From an uncultured Pelagibacteraceae bacterium (GTDB lineage: Bacteria > Pseudomonadota > Alphaproteobacteria > Pelagibacterales > Pelagibacteraceae): a stretch of DNA of 64,000 nucleotides. The first letter of the stretch is position 1, and each line of letters begins with the position of its first letter. The notes under the pieces are model-generated. The model made no database searches and was not told where the DNA came from. It saw only the letters and a list, made by a program, of their open reading frames with translations. Both the position numbers and the translations under genes were made by a program. Location: NCBI GenBank assembly GCA_902524865.1, contig CABZEV010000001.1:6278-70277 (forward strand), given 5' to 3'. Of this stretch, positions 58,656-64,000 are shown piece after piece.

Positions 58656-61526
58656 TTAAGCTGCATCTTCTTTAAATTCATCTATGCTTGGACAAGTACA
58701 GAATATATTCTTGTCACCATAAACATTATCTACTCTTGCAACTGGAGGCCAAAATTTATTAGCTCTTAAGAATTTTGCCGGATAAGCAGCTTCTGCTCTT
58801 GAGTATTTATGTGTCCAATCATCAGAAGCTAGTTCGCTGTCTGTGTGAGGAGCATTTTTTATTGGATTGTCTATTTTGTCAAATTCACCTGATTTAATTT
58901 TTTCAATTTCCTCTTTAATCGTAATTAAAGTATCACAAAATCTATCGAGTTCTGACAAACCCTCACTTTCAGTTGGCTCTATCATCATTGTACCAGATAC
59001 TGGCCATGACATAGTTGGTGCATGAAATCCATAATCTATTAATCTTTTTGCAATATCTTCTTCGGTTACTCCTGTCTCTGATTTAATATTTCTAATATCA
59101 ATAATACATTCATGAGCAACATTTCCATTTGATCCTTTGTACAGAATTGGAAAGTGATCTTTTAGTCTATGAGCAATATAATTTGCATTTAATATTGCTA
59201 CTTCAGTAGCAAGCTTTAACCCTGCTGATCCCATCATTTTAATGTACATCCAAGAGATTGATAGAATACTTGAACTTCCCCAAGGAGCTGCCGAGACTGC
59301 TCCAATGCCAGATGTTGGTCCACAATCTTTAATCACTGGATGATTAGGTAGATAAACTTGTAAGTGTCTTTTACAAGCAATCGGTCCCATACCTGGTCCT
59401 CCCCCGCCGTGTGGAATACAAAATGTTTTATGCAAATTAATATGACAGACATCTGGACCAAAATTTCCAGGCTTTGCAACTCCAACTAAGGCGTTTAAAT
59501 TTGCTCCATCCATATAGACTTGTCCACCATGTTTGTGAACTAACTCACAGATATCAGTTATTTTTTCCTCAAATACTCCATGGGTAGATGGATAAGTTAC
59601 CATTAATGCACCAAGATTCTCCGAATGTTGTTCAGCCTTTTTCTTTAAATCATCAAAATCAACATTTCCCTCTTTATCACAATTAACAACTACCACTTTC
59701 ATTCCAACCATTTGTGCACTTGCTGGATTAGTACCATGAGCTGAACTTGGAATTAAACATATATTACGATTAGCCTCACCTCTATCTAAATGATACTTTC
59801 TGATAACCATTAAGCCCGCATATTCACCTTGAGCACCTGCATTAGGTTGCAAAGAGACACCTGAAAAACCAGTTATAGAACGCAACCAATTTTTAAGATC
59901 AGTAAATAAATCTCTAAAACCCTCCATTTGTTCAATTGGGACAAACGGATGAGGTTCTGCAAATTCTTTCCATGATATTGGGATCATTTCGGCAGAAGCA
60001 TTTAATTTCATCGTACAAGAACCAAGTGCAATCATAGTTCTGTTCAATGCTATATCTTTATCTTCTAATTTTTTTAAATATCTAAGCATTTCAGTTTCAG
60101 AATGATATGAGTTAAAAACTGGATGCTCTAAATATTTTGAAGTTCTTAATAAATTTTTTGGAAGGTTAGGTAAACTTACCGATGGATCTTCTTTTTTGAT
60201 TGACTCAGCTGCATTAAAAATTTTTAATAATTGATTTACTCTATATACATTTTTTCTTTCATCAAATGAAACAGCAAGCATTTCAGAATTTACTTTTCGA
60301 ATATTAACTCTCTGGTTCAGGGCATTCTTATAAATTTGATCAGTCTTTTCTTTGGTAATAATAGTAACAGTATCAAAAAAATTATTCGAATAAAGCTCAT
60401 ATCCAGATTGTTTTATTTTATCAGCAAAACTTTTTGCTAATTGAGACACTCTTTCTGAAATATTTTTAATTCCATCCGGACCATGATAAATAGCATATGC
60501 TGCTGACACAATTGCTAATAAAGCTTGGGCAGTACAAATATTACTCGTCGCCTTATCTCTTCTAATATGTTGCTCTCTAGTTTGTAATGATAATCTATAT
60601 GCTCTATTACCATGTCTATCAACTGATACACCGACAATCCTTCCAGGCATTGACCTTTTAAACTCATCTTTTGTAGCAAAAAAAGCTGCATGTGGACCTC
60701 CATATCCCATTGGAATACCAAATCTTTGAGTGCTTCCAACTGCAATGTCGGCACCAAGTTCTCTCGGCGTTTTTAATTTTGCTAGGGCTAACAGATCACA
60801 AGCTAATACCACCTTCCCATTCTTTTTGTGAATTTTGCTAATTTCTACACTTGGGTCTTTAATATCTCCTAAAGTTCCTGGATATTGTAAAATTCCGCAA
60901 ACTAAATCCTCTTTTAGTTGATCTAAAACTTCATCTTCTTTACCAACTAAAACTTTTAAACCCATAGGTTCAGCTCTTGTTTGAATTACATTTATTGTTT
61001 GAGGGTGACAATCTTCAGAAACAAAAACTAAATTACTATCTTTTTTATTTAATCTGTGACTTAAACCCATGGCCTCGGCGGCTGCTGTGCCTTCATCTAA
61101 TAAAGAAGCATTGGCAATATCCATCCCTGTAAAATCAACAATCATTTGTTGAAAGTTTAATAACATCTCAAGTCTTCCTTGAGCTACCTCAGGCTGATAA
61201 GGTGTATAGGAAGTATACCAACCTGGGTTTTCTAGTATATTTCTCAAAATAACATAAGGTGTGTAAGTTCCATAATAACCCATGCCAATAAAATTTGAGT
61301 AAACTTGATTTTTTTTTGAAATTGCTCGTAACTTTCTTAACGCCTCGTATTCTGAATTCGAATCACCGATATTAAGTTCACCTTTAAACTTTATTATTTC
61401 TGGAACAGTATTGTCAATTAAATCATCTAGTGATTGATAATTTAATTCTTTTAACATTTTTGATTGGTCTTCCTTAGAAGGACCAATATGTCTTTTTAAA
61501 AAATCTTTTTCTGAATTTGGTAACAT
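58656..61526 (-). CDS. gcvP: Glycine dehydrogenase (decarboxylating), single-chain P protein
   Basis: RHIGP, YTPYQPE, NASLLDE, KATSNICT, LGSCTMK, HINLHKTF (PLP Lys), EPTESE. Confidence 0.98.
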   Translation of the reverse strand: MLPNSEKDFLKRHIGPSKEDQSKMLKELNYQSLDDLIDNTVPEIIKFKGELNIGDSNSEYEALRKLRAISKKNQVYSNFIGMGYYGTYTPYVILRNILENPGWYTSYTPYQPEVAQGRLEMLLNFQQMIVDFTGMDIANASLLDEGTAAAEAMGLSHRLNKKDSNLVFVSEDCHPQTINVIQTRAEPMGLKVLVGKEDEVLDQLKEDLVCGILQYPGTLGDIKDPSVEISKIHKKNGKVVLACDLLALAKLKTPRELGADIAVGSTQRFGIPMGYGGPHAAFFATKDEFKRSMPGRIVGVSVDRHGNRAYRLSLQTREQHIRRDKATSNICTAQALLAIVSAAYAIYHGPDGIKNISERVSQLAKSFADKIKQSGYELYSNNFFDTVTIITKEKTDQIYKNALNQRVNIRKVNSEMLAVSFDERKNVYRVNQLLKIFNAAESIKKEDPSVSLPNLPKNLLRTSKYLEHPVFNSYHSETEMLRYLKKLEDKDIALNRTMIALGSCTMKLNASAEMIPISWKEFAEPHPFVPIEQMEGFRDLFTDLKNWLRSITGFSGVSLQPNAGAQGEYAGLMVIRKYHLDRGEANRNICLIPSSAHGTNPASAQMVGMKVVVVNCDKEGNVDFDDLKKKAEQHSENLGALMVTYPSTHGVFEEKITDICELVHKHGGQVYMDGANLNALVGVAKPGNFGPDVCHINLHKTFCIPHGGGGPGMGPIACKRHLQVYLPNHPVIKDCGPTSGIGAVSAAPWGSSSILSISWMYIKMMGSAGLKLATEVAILNANYIAHRLKDHFPILYKGSNGNVAHECIIDIRNIKSETGVTEEDIAKRLIDYGFHAPTMSWPVSGTMMIEPTESEGLSELDRFCDTLITIKEEIEKIKSGEFDKIDNPIKNAPHTDSELASDDWTHKYSRAEAAYPAKFLRANKFWPPVARVDNVYGDKNIFCTCPSIDEFKEDAA

Positions 61527-61906
61527 TATGCTGAAGTCTCCTTTGCAAATTTATCATAATCGTCTTTATTCATTAAAGTATCCATTTCTGATGAATCCTT
61601 TATTTTCAGTTTAAAAAACCACGCCGAATCCTCTGGATCTTGATTAATCTTTGACGGATCATCTACTATAGCTTGATTAATATCAACTACTTCACCACTC
61701 ACAGGAGTATATACATCACTAGCAGCTTTAGTTGACTCCACAACACCAGCTGTACCATCTTTCTCTACCCTCGAACCTTTTTCTGGAAGTTCTGCAAAAA
61801 CTATATCACCTAACATCTCTGTAGCATGTTTAGTAATACCAATTGTTACAACATCTCCATCTAATTTAATCCACTCGTGTTCTTTTGAATATTTTACTTC
61901 ACTCAT
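61526..61906 (-). CDS. gcvH: Glycine cleavage H protein
   Basis: HEWI, GIT..A...[14 protein letters not shown] (lipoyl Lys), PVSGEV. Confidence 0.97.
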   Translation of the reverse strand: MSEVKYSKEHEWIKLDGDVVTIGITKHATEMLGDIVFAELPEKGSRVEKDGTAGVVESTKAASDVYTPVSGEVVDINQAIVDDPSKINQDPEDSAWFFKLKIKDSSEMDTLMNKDDYDKFAKETSA

Positions 61907-63009
61907 TAAATTACCCCTTTGACATAACTTTTTTTATAAAATGGTAAGCTGCAAATACTTGCAGGATGTTTTTTACCTCTTATTTTTAAAAATACTTTGG
62001 TATTTTTTTTTGAAAATTCATTTTCCACATAACCCATTGCAACAGGTCCATTAACACTTGGTCCAAAAGTACCACTTGTGATTTCTCCAATATGAACATC
62101 TGATTGATTAAATATCTTTGTTTTTTCTCTAGCAATAATTCTTCCCTCAGGTTTTATTCCAACCCTTATTTTACTGACACCATCATTTAACTGTTTAATA
62201 ATTATATCAGAGCCTATGAAGTCTCCTTTAGATATTCTTTCTTTTGAAATGGCCCACTTTAAATTTGCTTCCACTGGAGTTTTGTCATTATCAAGATCAT
62301 GACCATAAAGACATAAACCAGCTTCCAATCTTAGTGTATCTCTCGCTCCAAGACCTATCAATTTAGATCCTTTGTTGATTAATTCTCTAGTTAATTTGAC
62401 TACATAATCATTTGCAATTGATATCTCAAACCCGTCTTCACCTGTATAACCAGATCGTGTAATATAAATTTGGTGATTCTCAAATGTAAACCAGTTTCCA
62501 GACATAAAATTAAGATCTTTTACCCCATTAATAATATTATTAAGAATTTCTGAGGATTTAGGACCCTGAATGGCAATTAGAGATCTATTTTCATCCAAAA
62601 CCATTTTGTACTTTTCTTTAAGAAGTTCTTTTAAAATTTTAAAGTCATTATCTTTACATGCTGCATTGAGGATTATCAAAAACCCTTCTTTTGTTTTTGT
62701 GATAATTAAATCATCATGTATACCAGCATCTTTATCCATTAAGAAGCTGTATTTTGAATGATTTAATTTCAAATTTTTTAAATTTAATGGAAAAATTTTT
62801 TCTAAATCTTTAATTAAGTCTTCACCACCATAAATAAATAGCTGACCCATATGAGAAACATCAAAGATACCCGAGTGATTTCTTGTGAATTTGTGCTCTT
62901 CTACAATACCTTCCGAGTATTGTATAGGCATTTGATAGCCAGCAAATTCAACAAATTTTGCATTACAATCTTGATGTAATTGGTACAGCGATGTTTTTTT
63001 TGTTTCCAT
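61906..63009 (-). CDS. gcvT: Glycine cleavage aminomethyltransferase T
   Basis: [47 protein letters not shown]. Confidence 0.97.
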   Translation of the reverse strand: METKKTSLYQLHQDCNAKFVEFAGYQMPIQYSEGIVEEHKFTRNHSGIFDVSHMGQLFIYGGEDLIKDLEKIFPLNLKNLKLNHSKYSFLMDKDAGIHDDLIITKTKEGFLIILNAACKDNDFKILKELLKEKYKMVLDENRSLIAIQGPKSSEILNNIINGVKDLNFMSGNWFTFENHQIYITRSGYTGEDGFEISIANDYVVKLTRELINKGSKLIGLGARDTLRLEAGLCLYGHDLDNDKTPVEANLKWAISKERISKGDFIGSDIIIKQLNDGVSKIRVGIKPEGRIIAREKTKIFNQSDVHIGEITSGTFGPSVNGPVAMGYVENEFSKKNTKVFLKIRGKKHPASICSLPFYKKSYVKGVI

Positions 63010-63023
63010 ATTAACTCTTTGTA

Positions 63024-63175
63024 CCCATCTGTATATTTGCCTGAGAGTTTTGCTCCTTCGGCGAGAATTAAATCTCTTTCCAGAGTTAATATGTAACGGT
63101 CCTTTATGCCTGAGAGTTTCCTGGGTGGTTGCTCCTTCGGCGCTACGATAATCTGTAGTCTCTCCCGAGACAAGA
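63024..63175 (-). ncRNA. Tandem glycine riboswitch upstream of gcvT
   Basis: Minus strand has two aptamers: GGAGAGA...CGCCGAAGGAGCAA...AAACTCTCAGGC...GGACCG and CTCTGGAAAG...CGCCGAAGGAGCAAAACTCTCAGGC...ACAGA. GC-rich island in an AT-rich background. Confidence 0.96.
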
Positions 63176-63199
63176 TATTCTTACATGTAAGGAAAAAAG

Positions 63200-64000
63200 T
63201 CAATTAGAAACAATTTTTTTTTGTTTACTTATAAGCGAATAAAATTGTAGTAAAACTGCAAAAAGTATAATTGAGCCACCAATTAATCCAAATAGAGAGG
63301 GTCTTTCACTTACAAAAAGGAATGCCCATATTGGTCCTAAAACAGATTCGGACAACATTATGATTCCTACCATGGCAGACGATGTTGTTCTTGCACCGAT
63401 AGTTATAAATATAAAACCAAAACCAATTTGAAAAAAACCTGCGAGAAAACCCAAAAAGATATCATGAGGAGAAATCATAATTTTTGTAGAAAGCAAAAAA
63501 CCAATTAAACACGAACTCACACCAGCGACGAACTGAGCTGGTACCATATCCACAGATGGAAATTTTCTCACAATCATTATTAAAACCGCAAAAGTAATTG
63601 GCATCGTAAAAGCTGCCAAGTTTCCAGATAATTCTCCAGGAGATAATGAGTTGCCAACCATTAATAAAACCCCTGTCATCGCCAGACAGATTGAAAACAG
63701 AGTAATTAAATTTATTTTTTCCTTAAGGAAAAAATACCCAAATATTGCAAGAAATAATATTTGTAGTGAAATGATAAAATTTGTATTGGCAACAGTAGTA
63801 TTGTACATAGCAAAAACATATCCACAAAAACCGAAAGACAAAATAATTCCACCTACAAATCCTGGTAAACCAGATTTATAAAATGACTCAATTGTTTTAC
63901 CTCTATAACTAATAATTAAGAAAGCTAGGACTGTTAAAGAAAAAAATAAAGATCTCCAAAATAGAATTTGCCATAATGTAGCTCCCTCAAAAGATTTTAC
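63200..64000 (-). CDS. EamA/DMT-family transporter (5' end outside the window)
   Basis: Frame is open from 64000 (VKSFEGATLWQILFWRSLFF...) into the listed ORF; TTVANT, FLKEK, ESVLGPIWAF; paralogous to the other two EamA genes. Confidence 0.88.
   Translation of the reverse strand, partial: VKSFEGATLWQILFWRSLFFSLTVLAFLIISYRGKTIESFYKSGLPGFVGGIILSFGFCGYVFAMYNTTVANTNFIISLQILFLAIFGYFFLKEKINLITLFSICLAMTGVLLMVGNSLSPGELSGNLAAFTMPITFAVLIMIVRKFPSVDMVPAQFVAGVSSCLIGFLLSTKIMISPHDIFLGFLAGFFQIGFGFIFITIGARTTSSAMVGIIMLSESVLGPIWAFLFVSERPSLFGLIGGSIILFAVLLQFYSLISKQKKIVSN

Noticed and set aside
63039-63142. Direct repeats GCCTGAGAGTTT / TTGCTCCTTCGGCG as a CRISPR or mobile repeat
   Set aside because: Only two copies; they are the conserved cores of the two glycine aptamers.
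62901-63203. 100-aa ORF upstream of gcvT (possible leader peptide)
   Set aside because: It spans the glycine riboswitch and overlaps gcvT out of frame; the RNA structure explains the sequence.
1-64000. Phase-variable poly-A/T tracts, prophage, IS, tRNA or CRISPR
   Set aside because: A/T runs of 8-10 nt are expected at this base composition and do not break frames. No integrase, transposase, cloverleaf or spacer array was seen, and the intergenic gaps are nearly all too short.

Overview
Very AT-rich, extremely gene-dense chromosomal segment of a streamlined marine alphaproteobacterium. Gene order, codon style and near-zero intergenic spacing point to SAR11 / Ca. Pelagibacter (inference). About 1-40 kb is core housekeeping: sufB/iscR, anmK, tyrS, prfB with a programmed +1 frameshift, PBP1A, RNase E, thiSG, aroQ-accBC, aspS, purMN, ndk, pepA, lptFGD-surA-pdxA-rsmA, gmk, fabDG-acpP, rpsF-rpsR-rplI-dnaB, cvpA-purF. 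About 40-64 kb is a more variable metabolic/stress block. It holds an orphan PhnZ/MIOX-like HD protein, gshAB, three EamA transporters, an AGAT-like amidinotransferase, SufU-like/HPP/NAD-formate dehydrogenase, an exported MsrA, SelO, TspO and a putative methylated/furan fatty-acid cluster. That cluster lies directly downstream of gcvT-gcvH-gcvP, which is preceded by a tandem glycine riboswitch. I saw no tRNA, rRNA, CRISPR array, integrase or IS element. Best leads: (i) the EamA + amidinotransferase pair with an altered acceptor pocket; (ii) the furan-fatty-acid-like genes possibly co-transcribed with gcv; (iii) HPP-FDH as a formate uptake/oxidation unit; (iv) a stand-alone NrdJ C-terminal (TSCPD) protein; (v) loss of metal sites in several core enzymes. 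All assignments come from motif recognition by eye; no searches were run.
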